Positions 45,748 to 55,312 of a stretch of DNA of 64,000 bases are shown here, piece by piece. The number at the start of each line of letters is the position of its first letter. Positions within the stretch are counted from its first letter, which is position 1. The position numbers and the translations under genes are program-made. The notes beneath the pieces were generated by a model. It did no database searches, had not been told where the DNA came from, and was given only the letters and a program-made list of their open reading frames with translations. The DNA is from a virus (lineage: Duplodnaviria > Caudoviricetes): the IMG/VR virus record IMGVR_UViG_2914436621_000001, positions 53,490 through 117,489 of that record; one strand, given 5' to 3'.

Positions 45748-47352
45748 ATGACTACCGCTGCTCCCCCTAGAACGCTCGACCTGATTGAACGGATTGCCGC
45801 TCACGATGGGCACATCATTGGCGCTTCCATGACTGGGAGCGGCAAAACCACAACCATGCTGGCGGCGATCGCGGCCATTGATCACCTCACCAATGGTCAA
45901 GCAGTTTGGCTGTGTGGCTCTGGCAAAGCCTCATTCTGGATGGGATTAGAGGATCAGATCGGTGAGGACGGCCTCAGTCGCGTCCTCACCGCTTCAACCT
46001 CCAAGCCTGAATCGATTGAGCCGCTACTAGCGCGGTTACGGTTCGCCATTGCTCTGCAAGAGAAACGAGAGCAACAACGGCTGGACAAAAGCAGACGGGG
46101 GAAAACGGTCAACCCCAAGCCAATTTATGTTGTTTTGGATGAATGGCTGATTCTGCTCAAAGTAGCCAAACGCCATAGCAAAGAAGCTTATCAAGAGCTG
46201 ATTGACTTGGTTGAGACGATCGCTCTCAAAGGACGGCAAGACCGTGTATTTATCTGGCTCTGGGCACAGGGCCATCATTGTAAGACGCTGCATCTAGATG
46301 GCGACTTGCGAAACAATTTTGGTGTGATTGCGCTGGGTGGTGCTGGTAACAATTCCAGTGTTGAGAGTGCGATCGCCGATGCTGATCTGATTCCCAACCG
46401 GTTTCAGCGAGAACAGCTAGAGGTAACCTACAAAGAACTGTTTGCTGAAGATCCAACCGGGAGAGTTTTTTACACCTCGCTTGGCGGACACGTTCTCGGC
46501 AGAACGATGCAATTGCCCGACATGGAGGCGCAACGCATCTTTGAAGCAAGTCGCTCTAGATTCGGATTTAAAGCGAAGCCTCCATCCAAGACGAAACAAG
46601 CCAACGAATTAGCCTCTGATTCCTACGATTCGGGAGAAGCAGAAGAGACCCCAGAATGGGTGCGATTGCGTCAAGCGGAGCTGCGGCTCAAGACCAGAGA
46701 ATATTTAGATAAATCCCTGACGGCTGAGCAACGTTGGAATTTAATCACTCTCACCGTTGGGGTAGTGGTCTCGACTGTCTATCTGGTTCCGCCCTTCAGC
46801 GGAGCGCTCCAGGCGGCATGGGATGTAGGAGCGCAAGCGGCTGGAATTGCAGGTCAAGCGGTTGACACCGCTGGCAGCGTCATTAATTATTTTGCGCCAG
46901 ATCTCAAAGCGACTCCCAAGGTGGGAGAAATCATTGCCGGGTATCGCGTCACCAGTCCGTTTGGGAAGCGCGATCGCCCCTGCCCTACCTGCTCTGAGGA
47001 GCATAAAGGCGTTGACCTGGGTACCCCAACAGGTACCCAACTTTATGCCGTTGGCGAACCTGGAAAAACGGTTGAAGTGAAATGTTGGTGGGATGGAAAT
47101 GGAGGTGGCAATGTCGCCACGTATGACTCAATGGGGTCAACGTGGCAATACCTTCACCTGAGCCGATGTGCCGCAGGAACACAGCGAGTGGGCAGCATCA
47201 TTGCTCAGTCGGGCAGTTCCGGCATAGGGACAGGGGCACATTTCCACATTGAGCAAATCCAAAATGGCGAGAAATTGCCCCCACCCAAGTGGGCAATTTG
47301 GGCATCGCTCACCGGCAAACTGCCAGAGCCAGCGATCGCCCGTAGCAATTAG
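45748..47352 (+). CDS. FtsK/HerA-like ATPase fused via a TM helix to an M23 peptidase
   Basis: SMTGSGKT, YVVLDEW, GRQ...WLWAQ; TM; VTSPFGKR, HKGVD, YLHL, TGAHFH (M23 HxxxD/HxH). Confidence 0.85.
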   Translation: MTTAAPPRTLDLIERIAAHDGHIIGASMTGSGKTTTMLAAIAAIDHLTNGQAVWLCGSGKASFWMGLEDQIGEDGLSRVLTASTSKPESIEPLLARLRFAIALQEKREQQRLDKSRRGKTVNPKPIYVVLDEWLILLKVAKRHSKEAYQELIDLVETIALKGRQDRVFIWLWAQGHHCKTLHLDGDLRNNFGVIALGGAGNNSSVESAIADADLIPNRFQREQLEVTYKELFAEDPTGRVFYTSLGGHVLGRTMQLPDMEAQRIFEASRSRFGFKAKPPSKTKQANELASDSYDSGEAEETPEWVRLRQAELRLKTREYLDKSLTAEQRWNLITLTVGVVVSTVYLVPPFSGALQAAWDVGAQAAGIAGQAVDTAGSVINYFAPDLKATPKVGEIIAGYRVTSPFGKRDRPCPTCSEEHKGVDLGTPTGTQLYAVGEPGKTVEVKCWWDGNGGGNVATYDSMGSTWQYLHLSRCAAGTQRVGSIIAQSGSSGIGTGAHFHIEQIQNGEKLPPPKWAIWASLTGKLPEPAIARSN

Positions 47353-47359
47353 GAGGAGT

Positions 47360-47896
47360 ATGGAACGTCGCCACTACGTCAGTTTAGATAGCCTTTTATT
47401 CCTGCTAGCCGGGACTGTCATTGTGACCAGCTTCGCGCCATCTGCCGAAACTGTTCGCCAAATTCGAAATGTTGCGATCGACGGGGAAGTTTCAGGATTG
47501 AGTGCAGAACAGCGGCAAAATGCGGCTGCCATCATCTCAACGGGGACTGCAATGGGCATGAGCGATCGCGATATCCAGATCGCACTCATGGCGGCGCTGC
47601 AAGAGTCGTCGTTGAAGAATCTGGATCACGGTGATGATTGGTGGTTTCAGAAGATGGGCTGGGGTAAGTCCGACTCGGTTGGTTTGTTCCAGCAGCGCGA
47701 TTCATGGGGGTCTAAAGAATGCCGCATGGAACCCTCATGCAGCTCCAAACTGTTTTTTAATGCGCTCCAGCAGGATGGCGATCGCGCAGCCAAATCACTT
47801 GGAGCCGCAGCTCAGAAAGTGCAGAATTCCGCGTTTCCAAGGGAGTACGACAAATGGGAAGACGACGCAGCCGCACTGCTCAACGCAGCAAGGTAA
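47360..47896 (+). CDS. Exported lysozyme-like / lytic transglycosylase-type protein
   Basis: AGGAGG RBS, signal/TM, ALMAALQES, DSVGLFQQR..WG, AAQKVQNSAFP..Y motifs. Confidence 0.75.
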   Translation: MERRHYVSLDSLLFLLAGTVIVTSFAPSAETVRQIRNVAIDGEVSGLSAEQRQNAAAIISTGTAMGMSDRDIQIALMAALQESSLKNLDHGDDWWFQKMGWGKSDSVGLFQQRDSWGSKECRMEPSCSSKLFFNALQQDGDRAAKSLGAAAQKVQNSAFPREYDKWEDDAAALLNAAR

Positions 47897-48237
47897 AGCA
47901 GTTCTCGCCGGCATATCGGGAGCATGTTGAAGGGCGATCGCCATCATGGATGTTCCGCCGATGGCTTTGTTTTGTTCTGCTGTTTGGGCGTGACTGTGTT
48001 TGCCCATTGTTGCCAGCTCACCACGCTGAGCACCTGACTTATCGAAATCTGGGGCATGAACTGCCGATGCGCGATATTGTGCCTCTCAACCGAGTGACTC
48101 ACGCTATTTTGACCTGGCTTAAAGATGTATTCCCGGCATTCCGCCCGGTTAACGCCTGGATGCTGCGATCGTGCTACGGATTCTGGTTGTCTCTTGAAGC
48201 GTTGCTACTGTTTAAACTGGTTAGCGCACTACATTGA
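47854..48237 (+). CDS. Degenerate HNH-like protein
   Basis: CVC...HLTYRNLGHE...DIVPLNRVTH resembles HNH core. Confidence 0.45.
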   Translation: MGRRRSRTAQRSKVKQFSPAYREHVEGRSPSWMFRRWLCFVLLFGRDCVCPLLPAHHAEHLTYRNLGHELPMRDIVPLNRVTHAILTWLKDVFPAFRPVNAWMLRSCYGFWLSLEALLLFKLVSALH

Positions 48238-48255
48238 AGACAGCATCCAGCTAGA

Positions 48256-48774
48256 TTAGTTGAATCGAGGTGGCTCCCAAGAAAAAGGGTGAGTATTAAC
48301 TGTTTGAATAGACAGTAGTGTAGATTTCCTCTCCTGCACGTCGTTGTCTTCAGCTACATCTACTTCCCAAACCCTTGCTCCTTTGCACATATCACGACAG
48401 AACTCGCCTACTTCTAATTCCAGAACATTGTCGAGATGATTACAATGCCGACGATTACCCTGAGAATCAGGGACGGTAAAGCGGAATTTATCCAACGCTA
48501 CCCTGGCACGTTGGGCTGTAATATCATCTCCACCTTCGTGCAAAAATGAGCATCGAAGTGCATAGCAATCGCCAGAACCTAAAAATACATGAGATCCAAT
48601 GGTATAGGTGGGGCAAACATACTTATCAAACCATGCTTTATATCTTGGGCCTGTCGCCTGCGCTGGAAATTGGAGCTTTCCACATATATCTGGAAGAAGC
48701 AGTGCAAGGGATAATGCTGCATACCAGTTTTTGCTTTCCAAAGCACTTTCAATAGCTTCAATAAAACGCTCCAT
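48256..48774 (-). CDS. HEPN-like protein
   Basis: ALSLALLLPDICG, YKAWFDKY, Rx4H motif RCSFLH; no HIP1 seen. Confidence 0.5.
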   Translation of the reverse strand: MERFIEAIESALESKNWYAALSLALLLPDICGKLQFPAQATGPRYKAWFDKYVCPTYTIGSHVFLGSGDCYALRCSFLHEGGDDITAQRARVALDKFRFTVPDSQGNRRHCNHLDNVLELEVGEFCRDMCKGARVWEVDVAEDNDVQERKSTLLSIQTVNTHPFSWEPPRFN

Positions 48775-48932
48775 TTAGCACCTTTTCACTAAAGTCTCAA
48801 CCCATTCTAGCGATCGCCCATCGCCCATCTTGAACAGAGCGCAATCGGTGCCAATGAGGGTTCGATCGCCCTCCAATCAGCCTGGTAATATATTCCTTAG
48901 AACGCCGCTGTTAGAAGACTTTGTTTCACCCC

Positions 48933-49250
48933 ATGTCGGACAGCCTCATTCATCCCATTTATTACCTCATCGTCCGGCGGGAAGGAAGGACTTGGCATTT
49001 TAGTATGGGCACGCCGTTCTACAACCCTCTGAACCTACCTGTAGCGGCCACTATGGAAGATCGGCTGTATTGCTACCACCTCACTCCAGCTAAAGTCATC
49101 ATTGAGTTGTTCCGCATCAATGGCGGCAAGCCTGGTTACTATCTCGCGAACTTACGAAAGAAAAGCTACTACTTCTGTGGTGAAAACCATAGCGACATCA
49201 GGCAAACTCTTCAGCAATTAGGCATTGGTCGGCCTGACCCGATGGGGTAG
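48933..49250 (+). CDS. Hypothetical protein
   Basis: Globular-looking 105 aa ORF. Confidence 0.6.
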   Translation: MSDSLIHPIYYLIVRREGRTWHFSMGTPFYNPLNLPVAATMEDRLYCYHLTPAKVIIELFRINGGKPGYYLANLRKKSYYFCGENHSDIRQTLQQLGIGRPDPMG

Positions 49251-49483
49251 GAACGCGGCGTTTGGCGATCGAATTGTGCATGGATGATGCTGCCACCCAT
49301 CTAAGCTGAACATGTCGCAGTGCTGATTACGTTGTTAGAAAATCGGCTCTAGCCCTTATTGATGCTTCTCTTCATCAGTTGGAACAACGCGGAGACGCAT
49401 GTTGACCTACAGGTTAACCCGTGGGACATAATTACTGTATGACAGCTTGCCAGCTTTACAGCAGTAACGGAGGAGCGATCGCT

Positions 49484-50032
49484 ATGGCGCTGATTGCTGC
49501 AAAATGGACAGTTAAAGACTATCACCGCATGATTGCTGCTGGTATCTTGGAAGGTCGCCAGGTCGAGCTGCTGAATGGGGAAATTATTGAAATGCCGCCA
49601 GAGGGACCACCTCATGCTTATTTCAGCGATGAAACTGCCGACTACCTAGAGCGACTACTAGGCGATCGGGCAAAGGTGCGTGAAGGGAAGCCAATCACCC
49701 TGCCTAACGACTCAGAGCCAGAGCCAGACATTTCTATCGTTCAGCCGTTAGGAGAGGTGTATGCAGAGCGTCATCCCCATGCGGAGGATGTGTTCTGGTT
49801 GATTGAATTTTCAAACACCAGCTTGACTAAGGATCTAGAAGATAAAACCAAGATTTACGCTAGTGCCCAAATTCAAGAATATTGGGTTGCTGATCTGCGA
49901 AACAAACAACTGATTGTCTTTCGATCGCCTGCAAATGGGGATTACACATCAGAGAACACGCTAACCCAAGGTGATGTTGCTCCGTTAGCATTCCCTGATG
50001 CTTTTATTTCAGTTAGGCGGCTGGTGGGGTAG
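49484..50032 (+). CDS. Uma2 (DUF820) family endonuclease-fold protein
   Basis: WTVKDYHRMIAAGIL, VELLNGEIIEM, SEPEPDI, K.KIYASAQIQEYWVADL. Confidence 0.92.
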   Translation: MALIAAKWTVKDYHRMIAAGILEGRQVELLNGEIIEMPPEGPPHAYFSDETADYLERLLGDRAKVREGKPITLPNDSEPEPDISIVQPLGEVYAERHPHAEDVFWLIEFSNTSLTKDLEDKTKIYASAQIQEYWVADLRNKQLIVFRSPANGDYTSENTLTQGDVAPLAFPDAFISVRRLVG

Positions 50033-50294
50033 AAGGCGATCGCCCCTTACTAATGCGCTTTTGAAGCAAAACTGAATGTAAAACCACAGCGACAAGAATG
50101 GGTGACTTTGATGTGATGCTGGAACCCTATCGCTTAGACATGATTGAAGAAAAAGCTTTGTTGTTGCTGTAGGATGGGCAATTGCTTCTGGCTTGATTTT
50201 CTAAGCTAAGATCTTTGCAGATCTCGTAAAAAGAATTTGTGTTAATTTAAAGACCAGAAGCGACTACCCTCGGACAAAGGAAATAGCCGCTTCA

Positions 50295-51416
50295 ATGCTA
50301 ACTAATTTGAACTCCCAATTGGGAGAACATCTCAGTATGTCTAATTATACAGCAATTTTGAATGGTAAGCACCGTTCAGGGACAGCTTCACCGCCCAGCA
50401 GGGAGCCATTAATTCTGCTAGGTAAGGAGATTGATGTGGTTTCTCAACCTCCTGACAACAACTCTTCTGACGTGGACTATCAAGCTTTAGTCCAAGAATT
50501 AGATGAGAAGGGTATTCAAGCTTTGTTAGGAATGATGCAGTTGTCTCAAGATCAAGGTGAATTCACCTTAAAAGATCTAAGACAAAAAACAGGCTTATCT
50601 TACACAGAAGCAAAGAATCGAGTGAAGCCTTTTGAAAAAAAAGGCACAGTAGTCGTTAATTCAAGACTAAATTCACGCTACCCCAATATGCAAGCTACAC
50701 ACTTTTATAGCTTTGCTGATTGGGTTGACGTGGAACAATTTCGATTGATATTGGCAGGGAATGGCCCTGGAAACAAGCAGGATGACGAAAGGGTTGACCA
50801 GAAAGGGCAATTCAGCACTACTCATACAGTTCTGCAATCAAATAAAGTTCCCAACACGCTAGAAGAGCTGAGAAGCGTTCTTCTAGCTATTAACCCACCC
50901 TACAGAGCCGCTCACATTCAGATATTGAAGTGGATAGCTGAGTCTGGCGATACTACAGCTAAAGAGGTTTCCAAGAGAACTGGAAAGAGGCCTTCTACAA
51001 GTAATGCTCAGCTAGAACGGGTTCGGGGTCTCGGATTGAGTTGTCGAGAAAAACGATCTGGAGAGTATCACTACTTTCTTTGTCCAGGCTTGGATAAAGG
51101 CTTAGTTGAAAAGCTTTTCTATGAAGATGCTCATCAAGATTCGCCTGTAATCAGCACTCAACTTAAAGACACCGAGCCGAAAACAATTCAACTGGTAGCA
51201 GATATGCCTCTCTCTGAAAACTCCTCTAACGCTCAGCATTTGACAGAGCAAGCCAAGTCCCTGACTCCAGCTGAACAGCTCATGGAAATCATGGAAAAAC
51301 TTCCCACATTCAATCAAAACTGGCCAGAACAATTTCAAGAGAAATGGCTTAACTCTTTCGATCGAGTAACGCGATTTCTCGTTGGTGAAACTGACACAGA
51401 CAACATAGAGCGGTGA
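50295..51416 (+). CDS. Protein with two winged-helix-like domains
   Basis: FTLKDLRQKTGLSYTEAKNRVKPF and TAKEVSKRTGKRPSTSNAQLERVRGLGL. Confidence 0.6.
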   Translation: MLTNLNSQLGEHLSMSNYTAILNGKHRSGTASPPSREPLILLGKEIDVVSQPPDNNSSDVDYQALVQELDEKGIQALLGMMQLSQDQGEFTLKDLRQKTGLSYTEAKNRVKPFEKKGTVVVNSRLNSRYPNMQATHFYSFADWVDVEQFRLILAGNGPGNKQDDERVDQKGQFSTTHTVLQSNKVPNTLEELRSVLLAINPPYRAAHIQILKWIAESGDTTAKEVSKRTGKRPSTSNAQLERVRGLGLSCREKRSGEYHYFLCPGLDKGLVEKLFYEDAHQDSPVISTQLKDTEPKTIQLVADMPLSENSSNAQHLTEQAKSLTPAEQLMEIMEKLPTFNQNWPEQFQEKWLNSFDRVTRFLVGETDTDNIER

Positions 51417-51715
51417 CTTTCTTCCACTGATTTGTTTCTTGGGGATGCGTGGTTCTAGGCCTACATACCAAGCTCCAAATTGGAGGGGGCATCTTTTCCT
51501 GCCAACTGTCTCTAAATTTTTGCTCTACATAGCAAGAAGTCAAACAGCACCAAAAAATACGTCAAAAAAGCAATACAGAGTTTTTGACTGCCCTAACTAT
51601 CCCGTAAAACTTTCATGTGGGATAGCGCTATGCAATTGCCACTGCGTTATCTTTTGTACACAGGCAAGAATTTGCTTGTGTGCAGAATCTAGCAAAAACA
51701 CTAGCAGTGGTGGTT

Positions 51716-52045
51716 ATGGCAATTCTAACTAAAGGCATCAAGCTATCGCAGCTTGCAGCAACTTCACCAGAACAAAAGGCATCTGAGATAGACAGCTTAA
51801 TCAATGCAGCCCTAAACCCAGACAAACAACATCTCGAGCAACAGTGTAATGAAGTGGATGCTCGGATTAAAGAGTTTGAGTGTCGCTACGAAATGTCGTC
51901 CGATGCAATGAAACAGCAACTTTCTCAAGGGTTGATTAAGGAAACAGCTGAAATTTGTTCCTGGTTGTTGCTTTTGAAAGTGAAAAACAACCTTAAGATG
52001 CGACCTGATGAGACACCAACCCAATCGCTTTCAAAATTACTTTAA
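51716..52045 (+). CDS. Putative antitoxin (TumA-like)
   Basis: RIKEFECRYEMSS...EICSW pattern; overlaps downstream toxin-like gene. Confidence 0.55.
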   Translation: MAILTKGIKLSQLAATSPEQKASEIDSLINAALNPDKQHLEQQCNEVDARIKEFECRYEMSSDAMKQQLSQGLIKETAEICSWLLLLKVKNNLKMRPDETPTQSLSKLL

Positions 52046-52517
52046 GACCCACGAGACGGTTCTTGAGCAGTTCAAGTCCCGGCGATTTGTTGGTAACGAC
52101 ACCCTGGAATTTCGACCCTCTAATTGCTGTTTCTTGCTTGATGGAGAAATAGGTTGCTTAGGGGGTCTTGTTATAAGAGTAGAGAAGTTGATACGAATTG
52201 TTAGCCAAGATCCTCAGGAGCCTTTAGTACAAACTGAATGGTATGCCTATAATGCTTCACTTCGCAACAATCACAATATCTTTAGATATGACAACCAGGA
52301 TGAAGACTTTAACTTTCGTCTTGGACATGCTGATCCGCACCACAAGCATACTTTCGATTGGTGTACGGGAAATGAATTATCTGAAAGTCCACTGTGGGTA
52401 GGGGCTGAGAAATGGCCCACTTTAGGTGATGTGTTACACGAATTAGAAGATTGGTATTGGAAACACAAAGAACTTCTGTCCAATCCTGAAGACTACCCTG
52501 AGCTGGACCTTCGATAA
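52008..52517 (+). CDS. Putative toxin (DUF6516/TumE-like)
   Basis: YAYN...FRYDN...PHHKH motifs. Confidence 0.6.
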   Translation: MRHQPNRFQNYFKTHETVLEQFKSRRFVGNDTLEFRPSNCCFLLDGEIGCLGGLVIRVEKLIRIVSQDPQEPLVQTEWYAYNASLRNNHNIFRYDNQDEDFNFRLGHADPHHKHTFDWCTGNELSESPLWVGAEKWPTLGDVLHELEDWYWKHKELLSNPEDYPELDLR

Positions 52518-52743
52518 TGTTCTACAGACGATATAAGCTGCGAAGGTATTTTTGATCTGCTTTCGGACGTAATGCTCAGATTAAAGAGCAGTGCAACAAC
52601 AATCGCAACATCTGCACGGCGAGTGAAGTGATGCATAGGTCTTCTAATTGACTGAGCCTAAGTTCCCAGCAACTGAAGTAATGACTATCAACCCATTCGA
52701 TACCCATTCGTTCGATCGCCCCCTCATCAGCTAGCTATGTCCC

Positions 52744-53298
52744 CTAGAACGCCTCCCCTGTTGCCGCCTCTACATTGGCGATCGCCCGTCGAGCAACCAT
52801 CTTCCAGTTCGTCTGGTCATCGTAGGGTGCTTTCACCGGATTGCCCATCGCATACATCCGGCAGAACAGAACTGATTCGTCAGTGCCAGGTTGTGGGGAC
52901 AAGGTGATGGGTTGCTGGAGCTGCTGTGGTTCCAAGGCGGCAACCGCCGATAAGAGGCCTTTGCTGAAATGCGAGTCATAGCCAGACTCCACACAGTAGG
53001 GGCGATCGCCCTTTAAATAAGCCTGGAGTTTGACCACCGGCTTACCGCGTCGATCCACCGTCTCAAAGCGTAACTCTTGCAGGTATCCCGTCAAAGCTGT
53101 GGCAGTGACAGGAACAACTTCGCCATTATGAACGATGTACCACAAGCAGTTGTTCGATCGGTTTGCATAAATCCGCATGAGTGCAGGCGCTTCAGTCAGT
53201 CCTAACTGCGGCTGTTTGAGGTGGTTAACGATTGCGCTCAGCAATTCAGTTTGTCGAGTTAGAGCAGCAATTATTTGAGCAGTATCTGAGATGGTCAT
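52744..53298 (-). CDS. Hypothetical protein of leftward early operon
   Basis: 184 aa beta-rich ORF. Confidence 0.65.
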   Translation of the reverse strand: MTISDTAQIIAALTRQTELLSAIVNHLKQPQLGLTEAPALMRIYANRSNNCLWYIVHNGEVVPVTATALTGYLQELRFETVDRRGKPVVKLQAYLKGDRPYCVESGYDSHFSKGLLSAVAALEPQQLQQPITLSPQPGTDESVLFCRMYAMGNPVKAPYDDQTNWKMVARRAIANVEAATGEAF

Positions 53299-53556
53299 AA
53301 GGTTTCCCCTAGAACGGAATGTCGGAGACGCGGCTCCAATCTGGATGGAGTGCAAACGTTAGCGCGGCTGTGAGCGTAGGAAATAGGGTGTAGGGTTGAA
53401 GCGGCTCAATTTCTGGATGTGGATCGGTGTAGATGCAGAGATTCCAACCGCCATCAACCTCAAAGATTGAGAATAGCAAGAACTTTACCTGAAACGGAGA
53501 CGGAAGAGTGGTGGAGCGATCGCCCTTTTGCTGGTGACAAGAGGGCGATCGCGTTA

Positions 53557-53856
53557 TCAGCAATATTTGGCTTCGTATTCGTTCTGAACGTTCATAATTG
53601 CCGTCCATTCTTGACGGGCTTGCAATTCTTCAAGAGAGCACTGAGACTCAAATTTTTCCCATGCACACCAAGCAACAAGCCTATCCAATTTGCTAATTCG
53701 CTGTTCAGCGGCTTCTATCTCTTGCTCCGATGCACCAACCTTGTGATGCAGGTGATTGAGGTCTTCTAGGGTTGAAGCGTCGCGCACCATCTGCTTGATT
53801 TCTTCTAACTCTTGTTGCATTGTTTCAAATTCAACAGCAATCTCACAGCTAATCAT
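53557..53856 (-). CDS. Coiled-coil hypothetical protein
   Basis: ORF in leftward operon. Confidence 0.55.
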   Translation of the reverse strand: MISCEIAVEFETMQQELEEIKQMVRDASTLEDLNHLHHKVGASEQEIEAAEQRISKLDRLVAWCAWEKFESQCSLEELQARQEWTAIMNVQNEYEAKYC

Positions 53857-53920
53857 TGTTCATTTCCCATTTGATTTACAGTTGCCCCTCAGATTGAGCG
53901 AGAGGGGCGATCGCTAAGCG

Positions 53921-54232
53921 TTACCGAGTGCCAGATCCTTGGCTGCGTTCCGGTCCATCTTCGACAGGTGGAACGTATGGTTCTGAAGCAGCGAAGGTTA
54001 CTTCAACCACTTCCCAGTCGCGATCGTCGTGAACACCACAACCCGGCCTGTTGTCGGTTGTTGTACATGAGTCAGGCTGGGGCTGGATGGGTTTTATTGC
54101 CTGCTGATCAAGATCTCGCCTACCACTACCGCGATGACTAGTCTCATCCTGTGTTTGAACCTGGGAATAAACGGGTACTGGAAGTGATGGGGGTGTTACC
54201 CCTAGAACGATCGAAGTTAATTCAACTAGCAT
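53921..54232 (-). CDS. PatS/PatX-like RGSGR-motif protein
   Basis: Hydrophobic N-terminus, Pro-rich linker, HRGSGRR at 54136-54116, C-terminal GSGTR. Confidence 0.6.
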   Translation of the reverse strand: MLVELTSIVLGVTPPSLPVPVYSQVQTQDETSHRGSGRRDLDQQAIKPIQPQPDSCTTTDNRPGCGVHDDRDWEVVEVTFAASEPYVPPVEDGPERSQGSGTR

Positions 54233-54334
54233 GAATGAAGTCCGTTAGGATAACCTGCCAGCTTTGCCGTGGAAAGTTGAGCTGGCAGGATGAACAATTG
54301 GGGCAGACTTCTGGAGAGGGGCTTTAGGGTAGGT

Positions 54335-54682
54335 TTAGGCGGCTGCAACAGCTTCGAGTTCTGCGATCGCTCGTCGTTCGTTGAGCTTCAGCACGCTGAA
54401 CTGATTGCGGAGCAGATCCAACTGGATCTGCTGTTCAGTGCGCTTGTCTTGTGCCGATTGAACCTCAAGCAGCAGGGCTTGGTAGTCTTCGACTGCCATC
54501 AGCTCAGCCTTTTTTGCTTTGCGTTGACCTTCGTTGGTCAAGGTTTTATCAAAGGCAACCGCGCCTTCAATCTCAGCATTAAACTGGCTTAGAGCATCTT
54601 GGAGCTTACGCAGATGCTGCTCCTGGGAAAGAAGCTGAAACTGGGTGCGGGCGATCGCTTCTGGGAAATCTGAAATTTGCAT
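54335..54682 (-). CDS. Coiled-coil hypothetical protein
   Basis: AFDKTLTNEGQRKAK helical ORF. Confidence 0.7.
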   Translation of the reverse strand: MQISDFPEAIARTQFQLLSQEQHLRKLQDALSQFNAEIEGAVAFDKTLTNEGQRKAKKAELMAVEDYQALLLEVQSAQDKRTEQQIQLDLLRNQFSVLKLNERRAIAELEAVAAA

Positions 54683-54750
54683 CGTGGTTCACCAATAAGT
54701 TGCGGGTGTTTCAAGTCGAGAGAGTGGGGCGTGATGCGCCCCACATGCCA

Positions 54751-55083
54751 TCAGCTAGCAATGGGAACCAGATGGATTTTCAATCCCTGCCGCTTTAAGA
54801 GCCGGTCTTGATCTGCAAATATCTCTTTGGTCAAATCAAGCCCGATCGCCACGCTTTTGACCCGCTTGCAGCAGTCCTGAAACCGCGATTCTGCATCTTC
54901 AGCACCCTGGTCACGAGCAGCAAGCATCTCGTCGATCGCCTGTGATAGGAAGGCTAAGTCATCCAGCAGCAGCTCTTTCTGGAGTGCTGCGTCATCATCG
55001 TCGGGAGCGATCGCGGTGGCTTGAGCCTCAATGCAGGTGTCGAGTTCTTGTTGCGCGACGGTTCTAACGTTTAGAGCTACCAT
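54751..55083 (-). CDS. Hypothetical protein, first gene of leftward operon
   Basis: GGAGG RBS upstream on minus strand. Confidence 0.7.
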   Translation of the reverse strand: MVALNVRTVAQQELDTCIEAQATAIAPDDDDAALQKELLLDDLAFLSQAIDEMLAARDQGAEDAESRFQDCCKRVKSVAIGLDLTKEIFADQDRLLKRQGLKIHLVPIAS

Positions 55084-55226
55084 TAATTCAAATCCTCCGA
55101 GGTTTTCTTGGGGTTCTCAACTCTTCGTGTTGTCCAAGCATTTGAGTTGAGAGAGATTGCGAAAGGCGATTGCTGTCAGTTTCCGAGGCTGAAGGGGCGA
55201 TCGCCTTTCGATTAATCTAAATGTAC

Positions 55227-55292
55227 ACTAATAGTTTATAGTGTGTCAACTAATAGTTTACAGTGTGCTATATACTGTTAGCTAACGGTTTA
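55227..55292. promoter_or_regulatory. Operator repeats in divergent promoter
   Basis: ACTAATAGTTTAYAGTGTG at 55227 and 55249 (22-bp period), degenerate CTAACGGTTTA at about 55282. Confidence 0.7.
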
Positions 55293-55312
55293 CTCTACTG
55301 GAGGGGTTTATT

